A stretch of 64,000 nt of DNA from Gammaproteobacteria bacterium (GTDB taxonomy: Bacteria > Pseudomonadota > Gammaproteobacteria > Pseudomonadales > UBA5518): assembly GCA_016705365.1 (NCBI GenBank), contig JADIYI010000008.1:1349572-1413571 (forward strand). Reading direction: 5' to 3'. This document shows, piece after piece, positions 54,310-63,165 of the stretch. Made by a program: the position numbers and the translations under genes. Position 1 is the first letter of the stretch, and each line of letters opens with the position of its first letter. The notes below the pieces were generated by a model that had not been told where the DNA came from, made no database searches, and saw only the letters and a list, made by a program, of their open reading frames with translations.

Positions 54310-55713
54310 TCAGAGGACACCTGCGTCTGCAAACTCAATCATCAGAGCAATTGCGCGGCCACAGTTATCGACGAGGGCGCGAAAATGCGACCTCAGATCG
54401 CCGTGCTGCGCGATCAGTGCCTCGCGGATCGCCTTGGCGTCCGATCCGCCTGCGTGGCCCTTCATCTTGGTGCGCAAGTCGTGCAGCGATTTCAGTGGGG
54501 CCACGACAGCAGTTGCCTCCTCCTCGTTTACCTGTGCATGCATAAGGACCTCGCCGATCAGTTTCAGGCTGCCCCATTGCGGCTCGATGGTGATACCGGC
54601 TGCTTCGGCTTTCGACTTGAAATAGCTTCTGCTCAACCCCTCGACGACCAACTGGTCGAGGGCCATCAGTTCATTTGCCCACTCTTCCTGGCTGGCCGTA
54701 ACTGGGTAGTGCACGCGACCTGGCAGCTTTGGATTCTTCAGGCTCCACCACGCTATTCCTGCACCGTTCAACACTTCGAGGCGTCTTTTCAGGCTTGCCA
54801 GCGGGTCCGGGGAGGTGTCCCACTGTGCCAGGAAGTCGGATTTGTAAGCGCGCGCTGAGATCCCCGCCTTGGGCGCCTCGTTGAACGACTTCCAGTAGAG
54901 TTGTTCAGCATATGGCAGAAGGCTGAGATCGCAGAGGTAGGCGTGCGCCTGGCCTGCCTCGTTGATGTCGTAGCTCTTCAGGAACCACGCCCCACGGCAA
55001 TGAATGGATCGTCCTTCGATCTGGTACTTGTCCGGGTCTGCTTTGTACTTCAGCAATATTTCCGGCCGGAAAAACGCGGGGCTGGTTTGAAATGGCAGAT
55101 CGGATTCGACGAAGTAGTTGCCGAGATGAACGGGATCGCATGAGCACTCGTGCACCACAGCGTGCTTCCAGTCGTGGGCTATGAAGGTGGCGTACTGTTT
55201 TGGTTCGGGGGATTCCCACATCAGGCGTCGCCGTAGCCGATGGTTGATGACAGGCGCGGTCACCTGAAACCCGCGCAGATAGCTTTCACGGCCCGCGTTG
55301 GCGCGACCACGGTAATAGAGGTTTTCTTCGACTAGGCTGACATGTTCCTCGGGGCCATCGCCCCAGCTGGTAAAATTTCCAGGGTCGAACCGTGTGGAAT
55401 CGAACAGCAAGACGTACGACGATTCGAACATCAAGAGCAGCACATCGAGGTCTTCGCGCTTGATCGTGACCACGAGGCCATCCTGCAGTTTATGGATACG
55501 CACAACCTCTTCGACGTCACCGTTTTCATCCAGCCGGCAGTAGGCGCTGCGTTCAGGCACGAGATGCAGCCCCAACAAGTGCGCTACCTTTTGCGAGAGT
55601 TCGACGTAGGTGTGGTTGTCCCGGTGGCCGTCGAACTCACGGATGAACAGCAATTGTTCACCAAGCTCAAGCGTCCTCGATCCGCAACTGCTCAAGGGCG
55701 GTTCGATCCACAT
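54310..55713 (-). CDS. uncharacterised 467-aa protein at the 3' end of the type I R-M operon (C-terminal R-x5-H motif)
   Basis: Long ORF with unbiased composition in an AT-richer segment, same strand as and contiguous with the hsd genes; no family recognised by eye. Confidence 0.75.
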   Translation of the reverse strand: MWIEPPLSSCGSRTLELGEQLLFIREFDGHRDNHTYVELSQKVAHLLGLHLVPERSAYCRLDENGDVEEVVRIHKLQDGLVVTIKREDLDVLLLMFESSYVLLFDSTRFDPGNFTSWGDGPEEHVSLVEENLYYRGRANAGRESYLRGFQVTAPVINHRLRRRLMWESPEPKQYATFIAHDWKHAVVHECSCDPVHLGNYFVESDLPFQTSPAFFRPEILLKYKADPDKYQIEGRSIHCRGAWFLKSYDINEAGQAHAYLCDLSLLPYAEQLYWKSFNEAPKAGISARAYKSDFLAQWDTSPDPLASLKRRLEVLNGAGIAWWSLKNPKLPGRVHYPVTASQEEWANELMALDQLVVEGLSRSYFKSKAEAAGITIEPQWGSLKLIGEVLMHAQVNEEEATAVVAPLKSLHDLRTKMKGHAGGSDAKAIREALIAQHGDLRSHFRALVDNCGRAIALMIEFADAGVL

Positions 55714-55991
55714 CTGCCGTTCCGATAGAGGTGCGATTCGCCGTTGAGATACTGCCGCGCCGGAGTGCGCGGGCGATAACGATCGAACTCGGCCAGTTGC
55801 CGGCTGATCCAGCCAACGCGTTTCCGCACCCGCTCGGCGATCAATGCCTGCGGGCAGCCCAGCGGTGCGCGCACCAGCACGCGACTGTCGGGGTGCACCT
55901 CGATGACCAGCGTCTGGCGCGAGGCCAAAAAGCGCACTTCGTAGCGAATCGTATCAGGGCCGTAGGTGAGAATGCCGACCATGGTCTTCAT
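55692..55991 (-). pseudogene. truncated DUF45/YgjP-like metallohydrolase gene (N-terminal ~90 aa, no HExxH)
   Basis: TIRYEVRFLASRQTLVIEVHPDSRVLVRAP...RKRVGWISRQL...YLNGESHLY matches DUF45 N-termini (compare 17262-18005). Stops before the catalytic region; ATGA overlap with the hsdR stop. Confidence 0.6.
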
Positions 55992-58900
55992 CCCGCCATC
56001 CGGTGATGGGCGAGCTGCAATGCTTTCTCGATAATCTTGTCCATTTCGTCGGTGGAAAGCGGGATCCCGCGCGCGCCCTTCAGCTCGTCATAGAGGTAGT
56101 CGTCGATCTCGTTCATGGTCCGGCGCTGGGCATCGAGATCATCCCAGTAGCCCACCTTGCGGTTGCGCCGGAAGATGTCCCACACCGCCATGGCCGCCTG
56201 GATGGCGATCGTCTGCGCCTGTTCGGCGTCGTTCAGGTGGTTCGCCAAAATGGGGCGCAGCAGGCCATAGACGGCGGCCGCGTCGGCGTCACCGTTTAGC
56301 GCGGGCGGCAGGTCGTCGCCCTTGCGGGAGACGACGGCATCCTTGATCGCGGTGACGCGCTGAAGGTATTCCAGATCGGACAGGCGCCTGGCGCGGTAAT
56401 CATCGATGGCCTGCTGGATAAGCCTGGAGAACTTCTCGTAAAAGGCCGGGTCCTGCTCCAGTCGTTCGCTGATGGCACGCTTGGTGGCGTGGGCTATCGT
56501 GTCGGCTTTGGCGCCGAGGCTTTTTCCACTACCTGCGCCTAGCTCCTCCACCACCCTTTGGAATGCGGCCTCGTCGAAAATGTTCACTGGCGCGTTGATC
56601 TGCACCACCTCAGAGGCCGAGATGTGTGTGTCCAGCAGCTTCTGGATGCGCGGCTCGAAATCGCGATAATCCACCGACTCGGCGTAGCGCAGCTTCACCG
56701 CCGCCTTGAGATTGACGAAGCGCTTCAGGTCGTTCTTGTAGGCGCGCAGCTTCTGCTCGGGTGTCTCGGTGATGAAACGTTCGCTGGAGAGCGCGATCGC
56801 CAGTGTCTTGGCGTAGGCCGACAGCCGCTCGTAGAAATCGGCGCGCAGCTTCTCGTCAGCCAGCAGCTGTTCGAAGGCTTCCTCGTCCTGGCGGTTCTTC
56901 ACTGCCTTGAACAGGTCCCATAATTCGGCATGGCGCTGCGCCAGCGCCCTGGTTTCTTCATGGATCGAGGTCAGCGCACCTTCGAGATCCGCCGCCTCGA
57001 ATCCTTCCAAAGCGCTGTAGGTGGTCAGCGCCTGGTCCAGTTCGCCCAGCACGCCCACGTAGTCGATGACGTAGCCAAAGTCCTTGGCCTTGCTGCCGGA
57101 TTCGTCCTCGTACAGGCGATTGACCCGGGCAATGGCCTGCAGCAAGGAATGGTCCTTGAGCCGGCGGGCCAGATAGAGCACCGTGTTGCGCGGTGCATCG
57201 AAGCCGGTCAGCAGCTTGTCCACCACGATCAGGATTTCCGGCTCGTCACCGAACTTGAAGGCGTTGACGATCTGCTTGTTATAGTCCTCCTCCGAGCCGT
57301 AGCGCTTCATCATGCGCTGCCAGAAGGCCACTACCGCATCGGCGGATTCCTCGGCGTCGATTTCGTCGAAGCCTTCGCGCTCGTCGGGTGGCGAGATGAT
57401 CACCTCGCTGGTGACCGCGCCCAGCTCATCCAGGAATGCCTTGTAGCGCAGCGCGGCCGCCTTGTTGGGCGCAACCAGCTGCGCCTTGAAGCCGGTACCC
57501 TGCCAGTTCTGGCGGTAATGCTCGCTGATATCGAAGGCGCGCATGTAAATCACCTGCTCGGCCTTGTTGAGCATTTCCGCGCGGGCGTACTTCTTTTTGA
57601 GATCCGCCTTCTGCTGGTCTGTCAGCCCCTGGGTGTGACGCTCGAACCAGATGTCGATGGCGGCCTGGTTCTGCTCCAGTTCCACCATGCGGCCTTCGTA
57701 GAGCAGCGGCACGATGGCGCCGTCGGCTACCGCCTGGTCGATGGCATAGGTGTGGATCACGCCGCCGAACCTGGCCACATCGCTCTTCTCGCGCGTCAAC
57801 AGCGGCGTGCCGGTGAAGCCGATGTAGCAGGCATTGGGAAACATCTGACGCATGCGCGCCGAGTAGCCGCCGAGCTGGGTGCGCTGGGTTTCGTCCACGA
57901 GCACGAAGATATCGGGCGAGGCATCGCTGAATTTCTTGTAGGCCAGCGCCTTGTCGAACTTGTGCACCAGGGTGGTGACGATGTGCGACTTTCCATCGGC
58001 CACGAGATCCACGAGATGACGGCCGCTCTCGGCCCGGTCGGGCGAGAGGCCGCAGGCGGCAAAGGTGTTGCCGAGCTGCTTGTCCAGGTCCACGCGGTCG
58101 GTCACCAGCACGATGCGCGGATTGCGGATGGCTGGCTCCAGCGCCAACGCGCGGGCCAGCATCACCATGGTCAGCGATTTGCCCGAGCCCTGGGTATGCC
58201 AGACGATGCCGCCCCGGCGCTTGCCACTGTCGTCCGTCTGTTTGACTCGCGCGAGCACCTCGCGGATGGCGAACACCTGCTGGTAGCGCGCGATCTTGCG
58301 CACACCGCCGTCGAACACGGTGAAGGCCCAGGCCATCTCCAGCAGGCGCTCGGGGCGGCACAGCGCGTAGAGCGCGCGATCCTGTGCGGTCACCTGGCGG
58401 GCGACCAGGTAGGGCGCGATCTCCTCGCGCACGCCCAGTTCCGCAAATGCCAGATCGAACAGCGAGGCCTTGACCGATTCCGGCAGCGGACGGTCCAAGA
58501 GCGGCGAAATCGCGACGTTCGCGATGTCTTCTTTCCACTTCGACCAGAACTTGGCCGGGGTGCCAGTGGTGGCGTAGCGGGCCTCGTTCTTGTTCATCGC
58601 CAGCACGGTCTGCACATAGGTGAACAGGCGCGGGATGTACTCGTCGCGCTGGTTGCGGATGGTCTGCGAGATGGCCTGTGCCACCTCGACCTTGGGCGAC
58701 TTGCATTCGATCACCGCGAAGGGAATGCCGTTGACGAACAGCACGATGTCGGGCCGACAGGTCTCGACGCTGCGGGTGCGCTCCACCGCGAACTCGGCAG
58801 CCACGTGATAGACGTTGTTGTCCGGGTCGCGCCAATCCACGTAGTTCAGGGTGAAGCTCTTCAGGTCGCCCTCGATGGACTGTTCCAGCGCCACGCCCAA

Positions 58901-59203
58901 TGTCAGCAAGTCGTAGACCGCCTCGTTGGTCTTGAGCAGGCCGTCGTACTTGACGTGCTTCAGCCGCTGGATGGCGCTCTGGATGTTCTCCTCGCTGAAG
59001 AGGTAGCTGCCGCCCTTGTGCAGGATGCGGTTCAGCTTCTTTAGCTGCTCGCGCAGGATTTCTTCCAGCAGGACGTTGGCGGCCCTGCCGCCCCGCGCAG
59101 CCAACGCCTCGGCGGGTGTCAGATACTGGAAGCCCAGATTGACCAGCACCTGCAGGGCAGGAATCTGGGAGAGGTGTTTTTCGTCGAAGCGGAAGCTGTC
59201 CAT
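55988..59203 (-). CDS. hsdR: type I restriction enzyme, R subunit
   Basis: 1071 aa. N-terminal nuclease region (PDIVLFVNGIPFAVIECK), helicase motif I HTQGSGKSLTM, DExx box VLVDETQR. Confidence 0.93.
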   Translation of the reverse strand: MDSFRFDEKHLSQIPALQVLVNLGFQYLTPAEALAARGGRAANVLLEEILREQLKKLNRILHKGGSYLFSEENIQSAIQRLKHVKYDGLLKTNEAVYDLLTLGVALEQSIEGDLKSFTLNYVDWRDPDNNVYHVAAEFAVERTRSVETCRPDIVLFVNGIPFAVIECKSPKVEVAQAISQTIRNQRDEYIPRLFTYVQTVLAMNKNEARYATTGTPAKFWSKWKEDIANVAISPLLDRPLPESVKASLFDLAFAELGVREEIAPYLVARQVTAQDRALYALCRPERLLEMAWAFTVFDGGVRKIARYQQVFAIREVLARVKQTDDSGKRRGGIVWHTQGSGKSLTMVMLARALALEPAIRNPRIVLVTDRVDLDKQLGNTFAACGLSPDRAESGRHLVDLVADGKSHIVTTLVHKFDKALAYKKFSDASPDIFVLVDETQRTQLGGYSARMRQMFPNACYIGFTGTPLLTREKSDVARFGGVIHTYAIDQAVADGAIVPLLYEGRMVELEQNQAAIDIWFERHTQGLTDQQKADLKKKYARAEMLNKAEQVIYMRAFDISEHYRQNWQGTGFKAQLVAPNKAAALRYKAFLDELGAVTSEVIISPPDEREGFDEIDAEESADAVVAFWQRMMKRYGSEEDYNKQIVNAFKFGDEPEILIVVDKLLTGFDAPRNTVLYLARRLKDHSLLQAIARVNRLYEDESGSKAKDFGYVIDYVGVLGELDQALTTYSALEGFEAADLEGALTSIHEETRALAQRHAELWDLFKAVKNRQDEEAFEQLLADEKLRADFYERLSAYAKTLAIALSSERFITETPEQKLRAYKNDLKRFVNLKAAVKLRYAESVDYRDFEPRIQKLLDTHISASEVVQINAPVNIFDEAAFQRVVEELGAGSGKSLGAKADTIAHATKRAISERLEQDPAFYEKFSRLIQQAIDDYRARRLSDLEYLQRVTAIKDAVVSRKGDDLPPALNGDADAAAVYGLLRPILANHLNDAEQAQTIAIQAAMAVWDIFRRNRKVGYWDDLDAQRRTMNEIDDYLYDELKGARGIPLSTDEMDKIIEKALQLAHHRMAG

Positions 59204-59206
59204 GAC

Positions 59207-60127
59207 TCAAATCCCCAGCATGCCGCCAACGGGCGGCAGTAGGCGATTGATCGTGGCTTCCGCCTGAATGGAATTACCAGAACGTTCTTGGGACTGCGCA
59301 AGCGATGCGAGCTGTTTCAGGCGGCTTACTGCATCCTGCTTCCATTGCGGTGCTGACCAGTCGGCCATTAAGGAGTTAGCGGCCTGAATGAAGTAGTCTG
59401 CCAATTGACGAGAGGCAAGCAACCCAAAAAAGCCATATCCCTGGCCAGCAATATGTTGTTCCAGTGCATAGGACTCGAATGGGTACTTCGCCGTGGCGTT
59501 CCAGTATTTCATGGCTCGGATCAGCGGCTTGATGAGATTGCCGTTGGCCTGATTCGCGCTGCTCAGTGTCTGGTTGAAACCGTTCGGGTCGGTATCCTGC
59601 CAACTCTGATAACCGGAGCCTTTGCCTGGGATCTGCAGGTCGCTGAACCAGTTCCGCACGGCGGGCACCAGCTCGAAGCGAATATGGTTGAGTTCCAGCA
59701 CTACAGTTGGGTGCGATTGCGCCACTTCGGAGCGGGCGTACTTGATCTCTGTAAAACGACGCAGACGGTCCAGGTAGCTTTGCGGCTGCAACCCGCTGTC
59801 CGAAAAGATGGTGGCCCACTGACGGAACTGGGTGCCGCGCGGGGAGCGCACCCGGTAGCCGACGGCCAGGATCATGTCGAGGCTGTAAGCCTTTGTTTTG
59901 TAGCTCTTCCCGTCACTGGCAGTTGTCAAGTATTCCTTGACGACTGCCGCTGACAGCTCACCCTCGGCCAGGATGTTCTTGATGTGCAGGCTGATGTTCT
60001 GCTTTGAGGTATCAAACAGGGTTGCCATTTCCAGCTGGGTCAGCCAGACGCTGCCGCCCTCGGCACGCAGCTGAATGACGGCGCTGCCATCCTCTGCGGT
60101 GTAGAGGATCAGTTCGCCGCCGCTCAC
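59207..60127 (-). CDS. mosaic ORF: RhuM-type N-terminal HTH module fused to the C-terminal part of a nucleotidyltransferase-like (SMODS/MNT-type) protein
   Basis: aa 1-106 (LILYTAEDGS...WLTQLEMATLF..NISLHIKNILAEGEL...AVGYRVRSPRGTQFRQWAT) are RhuM-like. aa ~130-230 (IRFELVPAV...WQDTDPNGF...LIKPLIRAMKYWN...FESYALEQHI) look like an NTase C-terminal region without the N-terminal GS/DxD catalytic motifs. Confidence 0.7.
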   Translation of the reverse strand: MSGGELILYTAEDGSAVIQLRAEGGSVWLTQLEMATLFDTSKQNISLHIKNILAEGELSAAVVKEYLTTASDGKSYKTKAYSLDMILAVGYRVRSPRGTQFRQWATIFSDSGLQPQSYLDRLRRFTEIKYARSEVAQSHPTVVLELNHIRFELVPAVRNWFSDLQIPGKGSGYQSWQDTDPNGFNQTLSSANQANGNLIKPLIRAMKYWNATAKYPFESYALEQHIAGQGYGFFGLLASRQLADYFIQAANSLMADWSAPQWKQDAVSRLKQLASLAQSQERSGNSIQAEATINRLLPPVGGMLGI

Positions 60128-60975
60128 TTTTTCTTCTCCAGCTTCTTCTTGCTCTTTTCGATCTGCTGGATGCTGGCCTCGGGCGTGGGCAGAAACTCGG
60201 GCATGGTGCCACCCAAGTCGGCAATGGTCTGGCGCACCTTCTGACCAACCTCGAAGTGGGTCTGATTGGCCTTCTGCTTGCCGCGCACATGGTCCCGACG
60301 CAACTTCTCCTCTGTCTGGGTGGCGCGGAACAGGTTGGCGGCCAGCTCCGTACTGCCCATGTGGTCGAGGATTTTCTGGCTCTTCTTGAGGCCCTTGGCG
60401 GAATGAATGTCCTTGGCACCGCGCCCGCCATACAGACCCTTGTACCCGTGATCCTGGAAGATGGCGTAGTCCAGCGGCGTTTCCACACCGGCATCCTTGG
60501 CAGCGGCCGCCAGGTGCTTGTTGTGGGTGGCCAGCTCGTTGCGGATAGCCAGACGCTTGTCGTCCTCGCTGAGTCGGGCGAAAGTCTCGTTATCGCGCAG
60601 CTCCTGGCGGCGGGTCTGCAGGGCGAAGTAGGTCTGGCCGTTGGCGATGACCGGCTTGGCCGGATCGCCGTTCTGCACGATCAGGTAGCAGGCGTAGCGG
60701 GGCAGGCGGATGTCGGTCACCTGGCGTTTGGCGCCCGAGCCGATTTCGACCATACCGAGGACATCCTCGAAATGGTCGGCCTCGGGGTGGCCGCTGTTGC
60801 GGCAGGCTTCCTTGGCCCGTTCGATTACCGGCAGGAAGTGGCGGTATTCCGAGTACTCCAGCACGCGGGCAAGCTGGCGCGCCATCCAGTATTCGTTGCC
60901 GTCGGCATCGAACTGGCGGATGCTCTCGAAGGTCTGGTGGTGCTGGTCGACGATGGGTTTGCCGGTTTTTTTCAT
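60124..60975 (-). CDS. dinD: DNA-damage-inducible protein D homologue
   Basis: HHQTFESIRQ..., RYACYLIVQNGDP, QTYFALQTRRQEL, ILDHMGSTELAANLFRATQTE, GGTMPEFLPTPE: full-length resemblance to E. coli DinD as I recall it. Confidence 0.85.
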   Translation of the reverse strand: MKKTGKPIVDQHHQTFESIRQFDADGNEYWMARQLARVLEYSEYRHFLPVIERAKEACRNSGHPEADHFEDVLGMVEIGSGAKRQVTDIRLPRYACYLIVQNGDPAKPVIANGQTYFALQTRRQELRDNETFARLSEDDKRLAIRNELATHNKHLAAAAKDAGVETPLDYAIFQDHGYKGLYGGRGAKDIHSAKGLKKSQKILDHMGSTELAANLFRATQTEEKLRRDHVRGKQKANQTHFEVGQKVRQTIADLGGTMPEFLPTPEASIQQIEKSKKKLEKKK

Positions 60976-62531
60976 ACGCCCAGCTCCTTCAAGTATTGCT
61001 TCATACGCGTGCGCACCTCTACCAGCTCTCCCTCTAGGCGTTCGATCTCCAGCTCCACGGCGGCGACATCGATCTCTTCCTCTTCCTCGAAGGTATCCAC
61101 ATAGCGCGGGATGTTGAGGTTGAAGTCGTTATCGGCAATCTCCTGCAGGCCCGCGACGTGGGCGTACTTGTCCATCGGCTGACGGGCGCGGAAGGTGGTC
61201 AGCACCCTGGCCCTGTGCTCGTCGAGCAGGACGTTCTGGTTCTTGCCGCTCTGGTAGTCGCGGCTGGCGTCGATGAACAGCACCTCCTGGCAGGCCTCGC
61301 GGGCGCCACCCTTTTCGCGGGCGCGGTCGAACACCAAGATGGCGACCGGGATCGAGGTGGTGGGGAACAGGTTGCCCGGCAGGCCGATGACGGCATCGAG
61401 CAGGTTCTCCTCGATCAGGGCGCGGCGGATGCGGCCCTCGGCACCGCCCCGGAACAGCACGCCGTGCGGTACCACTACGGCCACGCGGCCTTCCTGCGGC
61501 AGCGCGGTTTCGATCATGTGGGTGACGAAGGCGTAGTCACCTTTGGACTTGGGTGGCAGGCCGCGCCAGAAGCGGTTGTAGCGATCCGCTTGGGCTTCAC
61601 TGGCACCCCATTTGTCGAGCCTGAAGGGCGGATTGGCCACCACTACGTTGAAGCGCATCAGGCGATCGGCCTCCACCAGCGCCGGGCTGTTGAGGGTGTC
61701 GCCCCATTCGATGCGCGCGGCATCCTTGCCGTGCAGGAACATGTTCATGCGCGCCAGTGCCCAGGTGCTGCCGTTGACCTCCTGGCCGAACAGGGCGAAA
61801 TCGCGGCTGCCTTGCGCCTCGACCAGCGCGGCGGCTTCGATCAGCAGACCGCCGGCGCCGCAGGTGGGGTCGCAGATGCGGTCGCCGGGCTTGGGAGTCG
61901 CCAGTTGCGCCAGCAGCTTCGACACCTGCTTGGGTGTGTAGAACTCGCCGGCCTTCTTGCCGGCGTCGGAGGCGAAGCGCTCGATCAGGTAGATATAGGT
62001 GTCGCCGATTACGTCTTCGGAGACGCGCGACGGGCGCAGGTCCAGCTTGGCGAAATCACCCAGCAGGTTTTCCAGGCGGCGGTTGCGGTCCTTGGTTTTG
62101 CCTAGATTGGCTTCTGAGTTGAAGTCGATATTGCGGAACACGCCTTCGAGCTTGGCCTTGTTGGCCTCCTCGATGTGGTCGAGCACGATGTTGATCAGCT
62201 CGCCCAGGTTGGCCGCCTTGCGCCGCTCGTACAGAGCGTGGAAGTCGGCCAGAAAGCGGTCGGTGATTTCGCCGGTTTTCTCGTCCTTGAACTCGACGTA
62301 GGGCAGGGTGAAGCGCTCGCGCTCCAGCTTGCGGCGGATGCGCTCTTCGTTGTTGCCGTACTCCTTCTGGTACTCGGCATAGTGGTCGGCCCACTGGTCG
62401 CTTATGTATTTCAGGAACAGCATCACCAGGATGTAGTCCTTGTACTGCGCCGGATCGATGACGCCGCGAAATGTGTCGCAGGCGGCCCAGGCCGTGTTGT
62501 TGACGTCTTGTTGGGTGAGCTGGTCGGTCAT
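60972..62531 (-). CDS. hsdM: type I restriction-modification system, M subunit (N6-adenine methyltransferase)
   Basis: ATG at 62531; HsdM N-terminal domain (YKDYILVMLFLKYISD), DPTCGAGGLL SAM motif, VVANPPF catalytic motif. Confidence 0.93.
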   Translation of the reverse strand: MTDQLTQQDVNNTAWAACDTFRGVIDPAQYKDYILVMLFLKYISDQWADHYAEYQKEYGNNEERIRRKLERERFTLPYVEFKDEKTGEITDRFLADFHALYERRKAANLGELINIVLDHIEEANKAKLEGVFRNIDFNSEANLGKTKDRNRRLENLLGDFAKLDLRPSRVSEDVIGDTYIYLIERFASDAGKKAGEFYTPKQVSKLLAQLATPKPGDRICDPTCGAGGLLIEAAALVEAQGSRDFALFGQEVNGSTWALARMNMFLHGKDAARIEWGDTLNSPALVEADRLMRFNVVVANPPFRLDKWGASEAQADRYNRFWRGLPPKSKGDYAFVTHMIETALPQEGRVAVVVPHGVLFRGGAEGRIRRALIEENLLDAVIGLPGNLFPTTSIPVAILVFDRAREKGGAREACQEVLFIDASRDYQSGKNQNVLLDEHRARVLTTFRARQPMDKYAHVAGLQEIADNDFNLNIPRYVDTFEEEEEIDVAAVELEIERLEGELVEVRTRMKQYLKELGV

Positions 62532-63097
62532 GGGGTGGTCTCGTGGGCAATCTTCATCAGAAGGTGGGTGGTCACGCGTTGGCGCAGGGCGGCGATCTGT
62601 GCCAGCAGCGATTGTTCCTGTTCGGCCAAGGCGGCGGCCTGCACGATGCTTCGCTGCGCGGCCAGTGCGGGCAGCGGCACGTCCAGCACCTTGAGGGCTT
62701 CGGCGCTGATCATCCGTACCGAGGTGCCCTCGGCCAGCGCTCCCAGTTGGGCCTGGGTGGCCGGTGCGTTGATGTACCAGCACAGATACTCGGGCAGCAC
62801 GCCGTGGGGCCGGATCAGCAGCATCGGCGCCGTGAGCACCGCCGAAGCGATCCCGTCCAGCACCAGTGCCGCGCCATTGCTGCGGCCGCGCGAGCGAAAG
62901 AGTAGATCGCCCGCGCGCAGCAGGTGGTGGGTCTTGCCCTTGGGCAGCGCCACCCTGATGGCATCCTCGGCATGCAGCAGATTGGCGTCGTCGATGTCCT
63001 TCATCTGGATCACCGTGACATCGCCCTGTGGGTCGTGCTCGAGGCGCGCCCGGAAGGGGTATCCCATCTGTACTTCCGCTAGTCTTCCTAGGTGCAT
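62528..63097 (-). CDS. hsdS: type I R-M specificity subunit, half-size (single target-recognition domain)
   Basis: 189 aa: LGRLAEVQMGYPF..., GDLLFRSRG, YLCWYINAP, then the conserved helix LPALAAQRSIVQAAALAEQEQSLL. Only one TRD plus one conserved region; ATGA overlap with hsdM. Confidence 0.8.
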   Translation of the reverse strand: MHLGRLAEVQMGYPFRARLEHDPQGDVTVIQMKDIDDANLLHAEDAIRVALPKGKTHHLLRAGDLLFRSRGRSNGAALVLDGIASAVLTAPMLLIRPHGVLPEYLCWYINAPATQAQLGALAEGTSVRMISAEALKVLDVPLPALAAQRSIVQAAALAEQEQSLLAQIAALRQRVTTHLLMKIAHETTP

Positions 63098-63136
63098 ATC
63101 TGCAAAAACGTCGTTACGACATAAGATGAAAGCGGC

Positions 63137-63165
63137 ATATTAGCGCTGAAATTACGCGCTGTAAA
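63137..63165 (-). promoter_or_regulatory. putative sigma70 promoter of the R-M operon
   Basis: Minus strand reads TTTACA, a 17-nt spacer, then TAATAT in an AT-rich stretch ~40 nt upstream of the hsdS ATG. Confidence 0.3.
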
